A program made the translations under genes and the position numbers. A stretch of DNA of 64,000 nucleotides from Dehalococcoidia bacterium (GTDB lineage Bacteria > Chloroflexota > Dehalococcoidia > Plut-88900): positions 224,001 through 288,000 of the forward strand of contig CBDBLV010000002.1 of assembly GCA_965207225.1 (NCBI GenBank), written 5' to 3'. The notes beneath the pieces were generated by a model that saw only the letters and a program-made list of their open reading frames with translations, did no database searches and had not been told where the DNA came from. Positions 37,179-47,800 of the stretch are shown here, piece after piece (positions within the stretch are counted from its first letter, which is position 1; every line of letters starts with the position of its first letter).

Positions 37179-38948
37179 ATGTCATACCCCGGAATCGAAA
37201 GCATGCGCCCGACCTACATGGGCACAACCCACATGGTCGCCGCCGGACACTACCTCGCCGCCGAGGCCGGTTATCGCATCCTGGAACAGGGCGGCAACGC
37301 CATAGACGCGGGGGTGGCCGCCGGAATCGCCATCAACGTCCTGCTGCCGGAGAGCACCAACTTCGGTGGTGTAGCGCCCATCATCATCTACCTCGCCGAA
37401 TCCGACTCAGTGGTCACCATAAGCGGCCTGGGGCGCTGGCCCCGCGCCGCCAACATTGATTACTACATGGAACACGCCGGAGGCGAGATTCCAAAGGGCA
37501 TTCTCCAGAGCGTCCTTCCCGCCGCCCCCGACGCCTGGCTCACCGCTCTGGAGCGCTACGGCACCAAGACCTTCGCCGAAGTCGTGACCCCGGCCCTGCA
37601 GTTGGCCAGGGACGGCTTCCCCATGAACCCGGTCACTTACGAAGGCCTCCTGGATGACGCCGACCCTGTCACCGGCGCCCTCGGACGCTGGCCCACCACC
37701 CGAGAGATATTTATGCCCGACGGCCGCGTGCCCCCAGTCGGCAGCCTGTTTGTGCAGTCCGACCTCGGCCGCACCTTCCGGCGCCTCGCCGATGTGGAAG
37801 CCGCCAACGCTCGCCTGGGCAGGGCCGGGGCTCTGCGCGCCGCCCGCGATTACTTCTACAAGGGCGACATTGCCCGCGAAATGGCCCGCTTCAGCGAGGA
37901 GCAAGGCGGCCTCATAAGCTATCAGGACCTCCACGACTTCACCGTCAGAATCGAGGCCCCCGTAAAGGCCCGTTTCCGTGACTACGAGATCTACACCTGC
38001 GGCCCCTGGTGCCAGGGCCCGGTGGTCGGACAGGTGCTCCAGATGCTGGAAGACGACGACCTGGAAGGCATGGGCCACAACTCGCCCGACTACCTCCACC
38101 TCTACGCCGAGGCCATGAACATGGCCTTTTCCGACCGGCACCAATACTACGGAGACCCAGACTTTATAGACGTCCCAATAGAAGGCATCCTGTCCAAAGG
38201 GTACACAAAGACCCGCCGCTCTGACGTAAACATGGCCCAGGCAGTGGGCCAAATGCCCGCACCCGGCAACCCCTGGGCCTACCAGCGACCTCCCAGAGGC
38301 GATAAGCGCGCATTCAGTCCGAGCAATGCAAAGCCCTCGTCCCTCGCCGGAGTCTCCGCAGCCGATACCAGCTACACCTGTGTGGTGGACAAGTGGGGCA
38401 ACGCCTTCTCTGCCACGCCCTCTGATCCAGTTTCGGAAACGCCGATAGTCGAGGATCTCGGCTTTGTGATGTCTGGCAGGGGTTACCAGGGGTGGCTAGA
38501 CCCTGACATGCCGTCTAGCCTCGGCCCTTGGAAGCGGCCCCGCCTGACCCCCAACCCTGCTATCGCATTTAAGAACGGCAAGCTGTTCATGCCCTTTGGC
38601 TGCCCCGGCGGCGACGCCCAGCCCCAGGGCATGATCCAGACCTTCCTGAACATCGCCATATTCGGCATGAGGCCCCAGCAAGCCATTGAGGCCCCCCGGG
38701 TAACGACCTGGAACTTCCCCAACTCCTTCTGGCCTCACACCTACCTCCCGGGACGCCTGCGCGTAGAAGGCAGAATCTCTCCCGAGACATGCGTCGACCT
38801 TCAAAGTAGGGGTCATGACGTGGAGGTCATCCCCGAACTCTCCCAGGCCTATTCGTCTTCAGTCTCGGCCATAACGGTTGACCACGAAAATGGTGTGCTG
38901 ATGGGCGGCGCCGACCCCCGCAGGGAGACCTACGTCATGGGGCGCTAG
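37179..38948 (+). CDS. gamma-glutamyltransferase family (Ntn-hydrolase)
   Basis: GGNAIDAGVA, DTSY nucleophile site, KRPRLTPNP, PGGDAQPQ, GADPRR; GAGGAG SD. Confidence 0.92.
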   Translation: MSYPGIESMRPTYMGTTHMVAAGHYLAAEAGYRILEQGGNAIDAGVAAGIAINVLLPESTNFGGVAPIIIYLAESDSVVTISGLGRWPRAANIDYYMEHAGGEIPKGILQSVLPAAPDAWLTALERYGTKTFAEVVTPALQLARDGFPMNPVTYEGLLDDADPVTGALGRWPTTREIFMPDGRVPPVGSLFVQSDLGRTFRRLADVEAANARLGRAGALRAARDYFYKGDIAREMARFSEEQGGLISYQDLHDFTVRIEAPVKARFRDYEIYTCGPWCQGPVVGQVLQMLEDDDLEGMGHNSPDYLHLYAEAMNMAFSDRHQYYGDPDFIDVPIEGILSKGYTKTRRSDVNMAQAVGQMPAPGNPWAYQRPPRGDKRAFSPSNAKPSSLAGVSAADTSYTCVVDKWGNAFSATPSDPVSETPIVEDLGFVMSGRGYQGWLDPDMPSSLGPWKRPRLTPNPAIAFKNGKLFMPFGCPGGDAQPQGMIQTFLNIAIFGMRPQQAIEAPRVTTWNFPNSFWPHTYLPGRLRVEGRISPETCVDLQSRGHDVEVIPELSQAYSSSVSAITVDHENGVLMGGADPRRETYVMGR

Positions 38949-40686
38949 GTTCCCTGTTCATCCGTCGTCTCACCGTCCACACGATTGCCAGCAGAGCTGC
39001 TGCCCCGAGCAACACCAACACCGAAACGGCGGACATCATCGGCCCGTATTCCGCACTCCTGCCGGACCAGATGTTCATCGGCAGCGTCTCGAAACCTCGG
39101 GCCTTCAGCAGCAGCGCCACGATCACTTCGTTGAAGGACACCAAGAATGCCAGGAACCCCGCTATCGCTATCGCCGGGTAAAGCTGAGGCAGCAACACCC
39201 TCCTGACAACCGTGAGTCGGTTTGCCCCCAGGCTTAGCGCCACCCTCTCCTGGATCGGGTCAATGTTCCTCATCGCTGCAGTGAGCACGATTATCACGTA
39301 TGGCAGGGCCAAGACTGTGTGGGGAAACACTATTCCAGGTATCGTGCCCAGCAGGTGGCGCAGTATCTGGCTATGGAAATAAAGGTGAAAAAGGGCTCCC
39401 GCTGTCACGACCGTCGGGACTACCAGCGGAGACATGACAAATCCGTTGAATAGCCCCCGCCCCGGCACCCGAGATCGCACCAGGAAATAGGACACGATTC
39501 CCCCCAGCACCAGCGCCAGCATGGTAACCAGCCCCCCGATTACCAGGCTGTTGAACGTGGCCTCGGGCCAGTCCAGCAACGGGTCCGCCGAGGTGAAGTA
39601 GTCTCTGTACCACTTCAAGGTGATTCCCCTTAGAGGGAATACCAGGAACGATGATGTGCTGAATGACATCATCACTATCATAGCGGTGGGAAGGAGCAGG
39701 TAAACGCATATCACCCCCACTCCCAACCCCAGAAACGTCCGCCTCCTGGAGGGTTGTCCTCTGTCTTCCCCCCCGAGCCCCGTCAATGCCTCCCCCGCTT
39801 GATACAGAGGCCTGAATCCGACCCATCTCACGAATGCCAGGTAGATGATCAACACACCTGCTAGGGTTACTATGGCCAGTGCGGAGTTGAACTGCCCTCC
39901 TCCCCTCAAGTGGGAAGCAATGCCCCGGTGCGGGACGTTGCCAAGGATATCCGGCGCCGCAAAGGAGCTGATGCTCAGCACCACTACCAGCAGCACTCCC
40001 GCCCACACCCCCGGCATGCTCATCGGTAGGTACACCCTCAGGAAGCTTCGCACTGGGCCCGCGCCCAAATTGTTGGCGACCATCATGAAGGCCCGGGGTA
40101 TTCCCCTCATGCCAGCGTAGATGCATAGGACCATGAAGGGCAGCAGGGTCTGGATCATCCCGATCTCTACGGCCGGCCCCGAGAACAGGATCGACAAAGG
40201 CTCATCGATTATCCCAAGTCCGGTCAACGCTTCGTTGATCCAGCCCCTCCTCCCCAGGACCACCCGCCAGATTGAAGTCTGCGCCACAAAATGAGTCAGG
40301 AACGGTACGATAACCGCCATCAGGGCCAGGTTTCGCCTCCAACCGTCACTCGAGGCCAGGTAGTACGCCACGGGATACCCCAGGACCAGGCACAGAGCTG
40401 TAGTCACCAGCGTCTGCTCCAGTGTGATCTCCCACCACACTTGGGTTACCGAACTAAAAAGCGCCCTTTCGTACTGATCCAGCGTGAATGGCCCCCGACC
40501 CCCAAAGCTCGCCTCCAATACGCTCACCAGCGGCACCACAAAGAAAATCGCCAGCAGCAATACTACCGGCGTAAGCAATATCAGCGTATTTCCGTCCCAC
40601 CGCACCCACCCGGCCCGAAGCAATGCTCTGCCTTCGCCGTTCCGGATCCCAATGGCGGCCCTGCGTACTGAGCCTAAAACAGCCAA
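38935..40686 (-). CDS. fused double ABC permease (PotB/PotC-like)
   Basis: Two EAA-like loops (VANNLGAGP..F..V.LP; ERVALSLGA..V.LP); GYPVAY, TLKWY, SFNEV..TLP. Confidence 0.88.
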   Translation of the reverse strand: MAVLGSVRRAAIGIRNGEGRALLRAGWVRWDGNTLILLTPVVLLLAIFFVVPLVSVLEASFGGRGPFTLDQYERALFSSVTQVWWEITLEQTLVTTALCLVLGYPVAYYLASSDGWRRNLALMAVIVPFLTHFVAQTSIWRVVLGRRGWINEALTGLGIIDEPLSILFSGPAVEIGMIQTLLPFMVLCIYAGMRGIPRAFMMVANNLGAGPVRSFLRVYLPMSMPGVWAGVLLVVVLSISSFAAPDILGNVPHRGIASHLRGGGQFNSALAIVTLAGVLIIYLAFVRWVGFRPLYQAGEALTGLGGEDRGQPSRRRTFLGLGVGVICVYLLLPTAMIVMMSFSTSSFLVFPLRGITLKWYRDYFTSADPLLDWPEATFNSLVIGGLVTMLALVLGGIVSYFLVRSRVPGRGLFNGFVMSPLVVPTVVTAGALFHLYFHSQILRHLLGTIPGIVFPHTVLALPYVIIVLTAAMRNIDPIQERVALSLGANRLTVVRRVLLPQLYPAIAIAGFLAFLVSFNEVIVALLLKARGFETLPMNIWSGRSAEYGPMMSAVSVLVLLGAAALLAIVWTVRRRMNREPSAP

Positions 40687-40780
40687 TCTCTACTCCGTTG
40701 CCTATCGACAGTTCGGCGACAACTGTATTGGTTGAGTAATGACATGGCAACTACCTAGGATTGCCAGTAAGGGACAAAGA

Positions 40781-40813
40781 AATCGGGCGCTGGGATGTCC
40801 CCAACGCCCGATT
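40781..40813 (-). terminator. probable terminator after the NEW3/ABC operon
   Basis: AATCGGGCG..TGGG-loop-CCCA..CGCCCGATT with T-rich tail on minus strand. Confidence 0.5.
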
Positions 40814-40860
40814 GCGACTTCAGTCTGATGACAAAGGGAGAGGATCGATCTTCGTCCTGG

Positions 40861-41781
40861 CTACGACCTTATCTCTTCCCGGATAAATTTTGTGTAGGAG
40901 ACGGCCAGGAAGACCACCACTGCGGATATCATGGCCACTATGTGGGGCCACACCAGCCGCAGGCTCTGCACAGCCGAAATGGGACTGCTCAGCAGGCCCG
41001 GGACCTGCTCTTGGAGAAACACTCCAAGGCTGCGAACGGTCGGGTTCAGCAGGGTGTCCGCGGCTTCCGAGAATAGGAAAGACGGTGAGACCCGTGATAT
41101 CCAGGTCTCTATGTTGAAGTGCTCGATTGCCGTTTCCTGGTCCACTATATCGCCGACAAAGAAGTCCGCAATGGCCCCTGCCACCAGTATCAGGAAGAAC
41201 GTTGATAGCAGCCACAGCCCTATCGCCACCATCGCCGAGACTACTGTGCTCCTGAAGAATATGGAGGCAGCCATCGACACCGCCAGCCACAACCCCAGGT
41301 AGGCTATCGACACTATCGCGAAGCCCACCAGCCGGATAATCTCCTCTCCGTCCGGCACTATGCCCAACGAAGCCATCGTAGCCCCGACAATCCCCAGTAT
41401 CGTCGATATCTGGATAACCGCCAGAGTTGCCAGCCCGGCCAGGAACTTCCCGTTGTACACCGAGTCCCGATGCACTGGGTTTGACAACACCCGGGCCAAC
41501 GTTCCCTGGGTCCGTTCACTGTTGATGCTGTCGAACCCAAGAATAATCCCGGCCAGCGGCCCGAAGAAGCTTATGAAGAATAGGAGAGAGGGCAATACGT
41601 CGGTGCTGGAAGAGAACACCTTCAGAAAGAGAAACTCCTCCCGACTGCTGGCCGCATCTTGCACAGTCCCGAAAATCACCGACAGCGCCCAGATTATCGC
41701 TAGTAGCACTAGCGCCAGCAGGAAGATAAACCTCCTCCTGCCGAAATGGTCGGCCATCTCTTTCCAGAAGATTGCGCCCAT
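40861..41781 (-). CDS. ABC-2 type exporter permease
   Basis: KEMADHF, LGFDSINSERTQGTL..LS.PV.R..GKF. Confidence 0.9.
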   Translation of the reverse strand: MGAIFWKEMADHFGRRRFIFLLALVLLAIIWALSVIFGTVQDAASSREEFLFLKVFSSSTDVLPSLLFFISFFGPLAGIILGFDSINSERTQGTLARVLSNPVHRDSVYNGKFLAGLATLAVIQISTILGIVGATMASLGIVPDGEEIIRLVGFAIVSIAYLGLWLAVSMAASIFFRSTVVSAMVAIGLWLLSTFFLILVAGAIADFFVGDIVDQETAIEHFNIETWISRVSPSFLFSEAADTLLNPTVRSLGVFLQEQVPGLLSSPISAVQSLRLVWPHIVAMISAVVVFLAVSYTKFIREEIRS

Positions 41782-42711
41782 CTAGCCCTCCTGGAAATAC
41801 CTCAGGTAGATCTCTTCCAGACTGCGGTCTCTGGACTGCATCTGGAGAAGCTCCACACCGTGCTCCATGACCGACGCCAGTGCCTTGGCCCTTACCTGTT
41901 CTTTCGAAGAGACAGTGATCGTGTTGCCCAGTGCAACACAACGGTCCACGGATGGCAGCCCTTTCAGGGCCTCTATCAATTCGGCCGTCGCGTCGCTGAC
42001 TTCTAACTCCAATTGATAGCCTTCTTCCTGCCTGTCCACCAGCTCCCCGACTGGCCCTTCCAGAACCATCTTCCCGTGGGACATTATCCCGACCCGGTTG
42101 CAGATTCGCTGCACCTCATGAAGTCGGTGAGAAGAGATAAAGACCGTTATGCCTTCCGACTTGCTCATCTCCTGGATGAGCTGGAGTAGCCAGTTAACGC
42201 CTGCTGGGTCCAGCCCCAGAGTCGGATCATCTAGGATGACCAGCTTCGGCTCCTTGAGTAATACGTCCGCCAAACCTAACCTCTGCCGCATGCCTCGTGA
42301 ATACTGGCCTACAGGCTGGCTCTTTGCCGCTGACAGCTCGACCTGGTCCATCAGCTCCTCAATGCGCTCGTCGCTCTCCTCACGGGGCATTTCGTTTAGC
42401 CTGGCAGTGTATTGCAGATTCTCCCGACCTGTGAGGTCGTTATAGAAGCCCACGTTCTCCGGCAGGTAGCCGATCATGCGCTTCACGGCTAGAGGATTCC
42501 GCGTCGGGTCGAACCCCGATATCCGCGCCCATCCCTCCGTCGGCTCCGTCAGCCCCAGGAGCATCAGGATAGTGGTGCTCTTACCCGACCCATTCGGCCC
42601 GAGGAAACCGAACACCTCTCCCTCTTCCAGGCGCAGATCAAGGGAGTCAACGGCTGTGAAGTTGCCGTATCTCTTGGTCAGACCCTCGGCCTCGATAATG
42701 ACTTCGCTCAT
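41782..42711 (-). CDS. ABC transporter ATP-binding protein
   Basis: GPNGSGKST, YSRGMRQR, ILDDP, SSH; ATG 42711 overlaps upstream stop. Confidence 0.95.
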   Translation of the reverse strand: MSEVIIEAEGLTKRYGNFTAVDSLDLRLEEGEVFGFLGPNGSGKSTTILMLLGLTEPTEGWARISGFDPTRNPLAVKRMIGYLPENVGFYNDLTGRENLQYTARLNEMPREESDERIEELMDQVELSAAKSQPVGQYSRGMRQRLGLADVLLKEPKLVILDDPTLGLDPAGVNWLLQLIQEMSKSEGITVFISSHRLHEVQRICNRVGIMSHGKMVLEGPVGELVDRQEEGYQLELEVSDATAELIEALKGLPSVDRCVALGNTITVSSKEQVRAKALASVMEHGVELLQMQSRDRSLEEIYLRYFQEG

Positions 42712-43937
42712 CGCCTGCCCAGCCGTACGAACATGCCTACCAGGGCAAAGATTACGGCTATCAGTATCCCGATCCCGACCCACTGCCAGACCGTTGACCT
42801 CTCCACCGTAATCCTGAGCGAGACCTGGTCTTGAATGTCGTTGTTGCGTGCGCGCAGGGTGACAAGGTAGTCGCCTGGCACGGCGTCGCTGGGCGGGGTT
42901 ATTGCCACGCCGACGTTTATGAGGTTGTTCACCGGGATAGACTCGATGTTGGCGGTCTGCCACTCGATTTCCCAGCCGGCCGGGGTGTCGGCTATCAGAC
43001 CCAGGTCCGTGATGTCCGCCGTACCCGTGTTGACCAGCTGCACCGTGGCGGCTTGCGCGCTCCCGGCTTCGGCGTTGACGTTCAGCCGACCGTCGGGGGT
43101 GGTCATGAACACATCGAAGGTCCCTGTCAAGGTCACCTGGAGCGGAATTTCCCGGACGTAGATTTCTTCTTCATCCGCCAGCCGTACCACTATCGGATAG
43201 TCTCCTGCAGGCGCCAATGCCGGCGGCGACACCCTCACCTTTATCCTCTGGTTGAGCTGGGTGACTATGCTCACGTTGGTGATCAAGCGCTCCGCCCCGA
43301 AGGCCGGCAGGAATTGCACCCGCCACCCCTGCGGGAACAGCGCCCCGAGGTTCAGGGATACATCTTCGGGAGTGTTATTCACCACGGACATTTCGAACTC
43401 GAATAGGGTGGTAGTGGGGCCGCTAAGGAATGGGTAATTCGAAGTTACCGTGACCTCGCCCGGGTCTTCCGGCGCTCCTTCTACCCTCTGGAGCCTTAGG
43501 CTCTTTTCGACTAGAACATCACCTGTTGCTGACTTTGCCAGGAGCGTCATCGTGAAGTCTGCAGCGCTCTGGTCCCGGGGGCCGCGTATCCGCAACTGCA
43601 AGTCTTCTCGTTGCTCGGGTGCCAATTCGATGCTCGTGATCAGGAACGTCCCGACCCTGGGTCTGAATCTCGCCGTCCAGCCCTCGGGCAGCCCAGACGT
43701 CTCAAGGTTCACCAGCATGGTACGGTTCGTGCCGTTGCACAGCACCGTGTCCAGGTTTGCCGTGGTAGTGGAAGCCTCAAGGAAGATGCCGGTGGCGGGG
43801 GGGTCCATGCTGACTACCCCCGGAGGACAGGGTTCCGGCTCCTCTTCATCATCCTGCGCCAGCACCATTGTTGGCAGAGCCAAAGACAGGACCAGGATGA
43901 TTAGTAAAGCAGATGTGAATAGAGCCTTATAGCGCAT
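42708..43937 (-). CDS. membrane-anchored NEW3-domain (Ig-like repeat) protein
   Basis: Signal peptide, three P.GW / N.G / PP..A..GDY repeats, C-terminal TM ending GRR; GGAGG SD. Confidence 0.85.
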   Translation of the reverse strand: MRYKALFTSALLIILVLSLALPTMVLAQDDEEEPEPCPPGVVSMDPPATGIFLEASTTTANLDTVLCNGTNRTMLVNLETSGLPEGWTARFRPRVGTFLITSIELAPEQREDLQLRIRGPRDQSAADFTMTLLAKSATGDVLVEKSLRLQRVEGAPEDPGEVTVTSNYPFLSGPTTTLFEFEMSVVNNTPEDVSLNLGALFPQGWRVQFLPAFGAERLITNVSIVTQLNQRIKVRVSPPALAPAGDYPIVVRLADEEEIYVREIPLQVTLTGTFDVFMTTPDGRLNVNAEAGSAQAATVQLVNTGTADITDLGLIADTPAGWEIEWQTANIESIPVNNLINVGVAITPPSDAVPGDYLVTLRARNNDIQDQVSLRITVERSTVWQWVGIGILIAVIFALVGMFVRLGRR

Positions 43938-44338
43938 GGTTCCTCCCTGCCGAGGCCCCACATCCCGCGATCTCCGCTCGCGCCACGGCCTCTGACATTT
44001 GTTTGGGTTGTGTAGTTGCTGGGTTTAGAGGTCGCTTGTTGGCTTATAACGTTTTGGCGTGCAATTGGTTAGGAGGTCAATCGGGTTTTGTCACAAAGAA
44101 GGTCTGCCTCGCGAAATATCTCTTTAGAATCAGCCTTCTTCATTCGCGCCAATTGAGTATAAATGCCCGTCATTGGCTGTCAAGCTGCCAGCCTGCTTGT
44201 CCTGGTAGCATGGTCCCCGACTCAGCTTTGTTCTTCCACGTCCTGTCCGGTTGCCCCCCTCGCGTTGGGGCGGAACACTGCCCCCGTGTTATACTCCCCG
44301 ACGGCCCGGACCCCAGACCCCGTAAGGAAGGACCCACG

Positions 44339-45631
44339 TTGCCAGTCGTAGCGATCGTCGGCGCCCAATGGGGCGACGAAGGTAAAGGAAAGATCGTAGA
44401 TCTCCTATCGGAGAGCGCCGACTACATAGTCAGGTACGCCGGTGGAAACAACGCCGGTCATACCGTGATGAACGCGCATGGTGAGTTCAAGCTCCACATG
44501 GTGCCTGCGGGTGTATTCAATCCCAAGGCTACCTGCGTCCTGGCCAATGGAGTAGTTATTCATCCCCCGGCTCTGCTTGAGGAGATCAAAGGGCTTGAGG
44601 ACAGCAGCGTAAACCTCCAGCCCGGCAAACGTCTTCTCATCAGCGACAAGGCCCACCTCATCATGCCCTACCACGTCCTGCAGGACGAACTGGAGGAAAA
44701 TGCCCGAGGCAGTATGGCTATTGGCACAACCAAAAAGGGCATCGGCCCCGCTTACATGGACAAAACGGGCAGGCTCGGTATCAGGGTGGGGGAACTGCTG
44801 GAACCCGGGTCATTTCGAGAACGGCTTGATTACGTGCTCAGCTACAAGAACGCACTCCTGACAAAGCTATATGGCGTCGAACCCCTCTCCGCGGATGAAG
44901 TTTTCGAGGAGTACGCCGAGCATGGCGAAAAGCTCCGTCCCTTTATTGGCCAGACCGAAATCACCGTTCGCAGGGCCGCCGAGTCCGGCGCCTTGGTAGT
45001 CATGGAAGGCGCGCAAGGCGCACTCCTTGACCCCGACTTCGGCACGTACCCCTTCGTCACGTCCTCCGCCCCGATAGCCGCTGGATCCGCCCAGGGCGCG
45101 GGCCTCAGCCCCAACATGATCGATTCCGTCATTGGGGTCTACAAGAGCTATTCCACACGGGTGGGCTCCGGCCCATTCCCTACCGAGCTCCACGACGAAG
45201 TAGGCCACCACATCCGCGAAAAGGCCGCCGAGTACGGTGCCACAACGGGTCGACCCCGCCGATGCGGCTGGTTTGACGCAGTCCTGGGCCGCTATTCTTC
45301 CATGATAAACGGCTACACGTCGGTGGCGCTGACCCGTCTGGACGTCCTGGACGAACTAGATACCCTGAAGATATGTACGGGCTACCGACTCAACGGCTCC
45401 GTCCTTTCGAATCCCCCATCCAGCGCCGCAGCCCTGAACGACTGCCAGCCCGTCTACGAGGAACTGCCCGGATGGCTCACCTCCACCCGGGAGGCCCGCA
45501 GCTTCGAGGATCTCCCTCCCCAGGCCCGACAGTACGTAGAGCGCATCCAGGAGCTCATCTGCGCCCCCATCGACCTGATCGCTGTCGGGCCCCGCCGCGA
45601 AGAATCCATCTTCCTCCGACCTCTCCCATAG
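44339..45631 (+). CDS. purA: adenylosuccinate synthetase
   Basis: GAQWGDEGKGKIVD, GGNNAGHT, IGTTKKGIGPAY, EGAQG, TTGRPRRCGW; TTG start. Confidence 0.97.
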   Translation: MPVVAIVGAQWGDEGKGKIVDLLSESADYIVRYAGGNNAGHTVMNAHGEFKLHMVPAGVFNPKATCVLANGVVIHPPALLEEIKGLEDSSVNLQPGKRLLISDKAHLIMPYHVLQDELEENARGSMAIGTTKKGIGPAYMDKTGRLGIRVGELLEPGSFRERLDYVLSYKNALLTKLYGVEPLSADEVFEEYAEHGEKLRPFIGQTEITVRRAAESGALVVMEGAQGALLDPDFGTYPFVTSSAPIAAGSAQGAGLSPNMIDSVIGVYKSYSTRVGSGPFPTELHDEVGHHIREKAAEYGATTGRPRRCGWFDAVLGRYSSMINGYTSVALTRLDVLDELDTLKICTGYRLNGSVLSNPPSSAAALNDCQPVYEELPGWLTSTREARSFEDLPPQARQYVERIQELICAPIDLIAVGPRREESIFLRPLP

Positions 45632-45650
45632 CACTGAATTCAGGACGCGA

Positions 45651-45677
45651 CGAGGGCCCGGCGGTGCCGGGTCCTCG
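45651..45677. terminator. hairpin between convergent purA and dapA
   Basis: CGAGGGCCCGGC-GGT-GCCGGGTCCTCG; weak T tract. Confidence 0.5.
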
Positions 45678-45696
45678 CGTTTGAGGCTTTGTTTGC

Positions 45697-46599
45697 TTAC
45701 ACCCTTGCAGGTATGGGCAAGTCCATGGAGTGCTTTGCAACTTCCGCCATGATCTTCGCGGCGGTGGCATCATCGGGGCCAAGAAGCGGTAACCTTGTGC
45801 CTCCCACGTCGAACCCTATCCTCCCCATAGCATACTTCAGGGGTATCGGGTTGGCCACAACGAACATGCTGTTAACCAGGGGCAGGAGCCTACGGTGAAT
45901 AGCTGCCGCTTCATTGTTGCTCCTGCTGACATAGCTGTCGATCATCTGCTTGATCTGATTGCCGACCAAGTGTGAGAGGACACTAACCACACCATAACCG
46001 CCCAGGGAAAGGATGGGCAACGTGTCCCCGTCATTCCCGCTCCAGACTTTGAAGTCAGGGCCTGCGCCCGAGATGATCTTCGAAATCTGGTCGAAATCGG
46101 CGCTCGCCTCCTTGATCCCGACAATGTTCTCAATTGCACTTAGCTTAACTACGGTGCCAGCCTGAATGTTCGTCACGGTGCGGCTGGGGACGTTGTAGAT
46201 TATGCAGGGGAGCGACGTGCTGCCGGCGATGTAAGCGAAGTGCTCGTAAAGGCCGTCCTGGGGCGGCTTGTTGTAGTAGGGCACCACAAGCAGTGCGCCG
46301 TCTACACCCAGCCTCTCCGCCTCCCCAGTCAATTCCGCCGACTCTGCGGTACAGTAGCTCCCCGAACCCGCAATCACCGAGGCCCGGTCCCCCACCTCCG
46401 CCTTCACCTCCGCCCACAGCCTTGTTTTTTCCTCCGAGGTTAGGGTCGGGGCCTCTCCTGTCGTACCGGTCACGACTAACCCATCGCTGCCCGAGTCAAC
46501 AAGCGCAGATGCCAGGCGTTTGGCAGCATCGTAGTCCACCTCCCCCCTGTCGTCGAAGGGCGTCACCATCGCCGTGAGAAGTCTTCCTATCTCCACCAT
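45697..46599 (-). CDS. dapA: 4-hydroxy-tetrahydrodipicolinate synthase
   Basis: TAMVTPF, GTTGE, PYYNKP, YNVPSRT, GIKEAS, NPIP.K. Confidence 0.96.
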   Translation of the reverse strand: MVEIGRLLTAMVTPFDDRGEVDYDAAKRLASALVDSGSDGLVVTGTTGEAPTLTSEEKTRLWAEVKAEVGDRASVIAGSGSYCTAESAELTGEAERLGVDGALLVVPYYNKPPQDGLYEHFAYIAGSTSLPCIIYNVPSRTVTNIQAGTVVKLSAIENIVGIKEASADFDQISKIISGAGPDFKVWSGNDGDTLPILSLGGYGVVSVLSHLVGNQIKQMIDSYVSRSNNEAAAIHRRLLPLVNSMFVVANPIPLKYAMGRIGFDVGGTRLPLLGPDDATAAKIMAEVAKHSMDLPIPARV

Positions 46600-46677
46600 C
46601 TTTCGCCTCCCTTCTCTTGCCTCTTACCGATGACTGTCACTAAGCCGCTGGGCCGAGCGTATTGAGTTATCGTGTGA

Positions 46678-47730
46678 CTACTGTGCGGCGGACGTGAGGA
46701 CGGGTTCGGGTCGAGACTCTCTCTGTCCCGAAATCAGCACCTCGGCAATTTGCACCGTGTTCAAGGCAGCACCCTTGCGAACGTTGTCGCCGACTACCCA
46801 CAAGGCTATTCCCCTAGGGTGGGATGCGTCCTTCCTGATTCTACCGACAAACACGTCGTCCGTTCCGGCAACCGATACAGGTAGCGGATATTCATGCGAC
46901 GCTGGGTTATCTATGACGTGGACACCCGGGGCTTGGGACAGGACTTCCCTGACTTCCTGAGCGTCCATTGGGTCGGTTAGTTCCATGTGTACGGCTTCAC
47001 TGTGGCTTACGTACACCGGTACCCGAACTGCCGTAGCGGAAATGGCCATTTCCGGCGCATGCATGATTTTGCGAGTCTCCTGGACTATCTTCCACTCCTC
47101 GTTGAAGTAACCGTTGTCCAGGTAGGTGTCGATTTCCGGTATCACGTTGAAGGCTATCGGGTGAGGCATCTTCCGGGCACTGACCTCTTCACTAGCAACT
47201 GACGCACGAGTCTGGTCTTCCAGCTCCTGTACACCTGCTCCCCCTGCCCCCGATACTGATTGGTAGGTATCCACAATCACCCGCTTGATGGGGTTCACCC
47301 GGTGAATCGGGGCAAGGGCCACGACCAGTTGTATGGTCGAACAGTTCGGGTTGGCAATGATGCCCTCGTGCTTGAACACGTCATCGGCGTTCACCTCGGG
47401 GACGACCAGTGGGACGTTCTCCTCCATACGGAAGGCCTTGCTATTGTCCACGACCACAGCCCCACATTCGGCGGCAATTGGAGAGAACTTACGGCTCACC
47501 CCCGAGCCAGCCGAAAACAGCACGATATCCACTCCGTCAAAGGAGCCTTCATCCAACCTCTCAACCACCACGTCCCGACCCTTGACTTGCATCACCTTGC
47601 CCTCGGACCGCTCCGAGGCCAGGAGCCTCACCGAGGACATGGGGAAGTCTCGCTCCTCCAAAATACTGAGGAACTGCCGACCCACCAGGCCAGTGGCCCC
47701 GGCGATTGCTATGCTAGGTTCTCGTTTCAT
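46678..47730 (-). CDS. asd: aspartate-semialdehyde dehydrogenase
   Basis: GATGLVG, IIANPNCSTIQ, TYQSVSGAG, RVPV..HSE, DNVRKGAALN. Confidence 0.97.
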   Translation of the reverse strand: MKREPSIAIAGATGLVGRQFLSILEERDFPMSSVRLLASERSEGKVMQVKGRDVVVERLDEGSFDGVDIVLFSAGSGVSRKFSPIAAECGAVVVDNSKAFRMEENVPLVVPEVNADDVFKHEGIIANPNCSTIQLVVALAPIHRVNPIKRVIVDTYQSVSGAGGAGVQELEDQTRASVASEEVSARKMPHPIAFNVIPEIDTYLDNGYFNEEWKIVQETRKIMHAPEMAISATAVRVPVYVSHSEAVHMELTDPMDAQEVREVLSQAPGVHVIDNPASHEYPLPVSVAGTDDVFVGRIRKDASHPRGIALWVVGDNVRKGAALNTVQIAEVLISGQRESRPEPVLTSAAQ

Positions 47731-47800
47731 ATCGATTTCTCAAGGCAGGCGCGATGAGCGCCTCTATCCGTAGGCTTGGAATGATAGGACTTAAGGGGAT

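Noticed and set aside
44003-44338. 112-aa N-terminal extension of PurA or a purine riboswitch
   Set aside because: PurA homology starts at TTG 44339 with a TGTTATACT box upstream; no riboswitch consensus recognised
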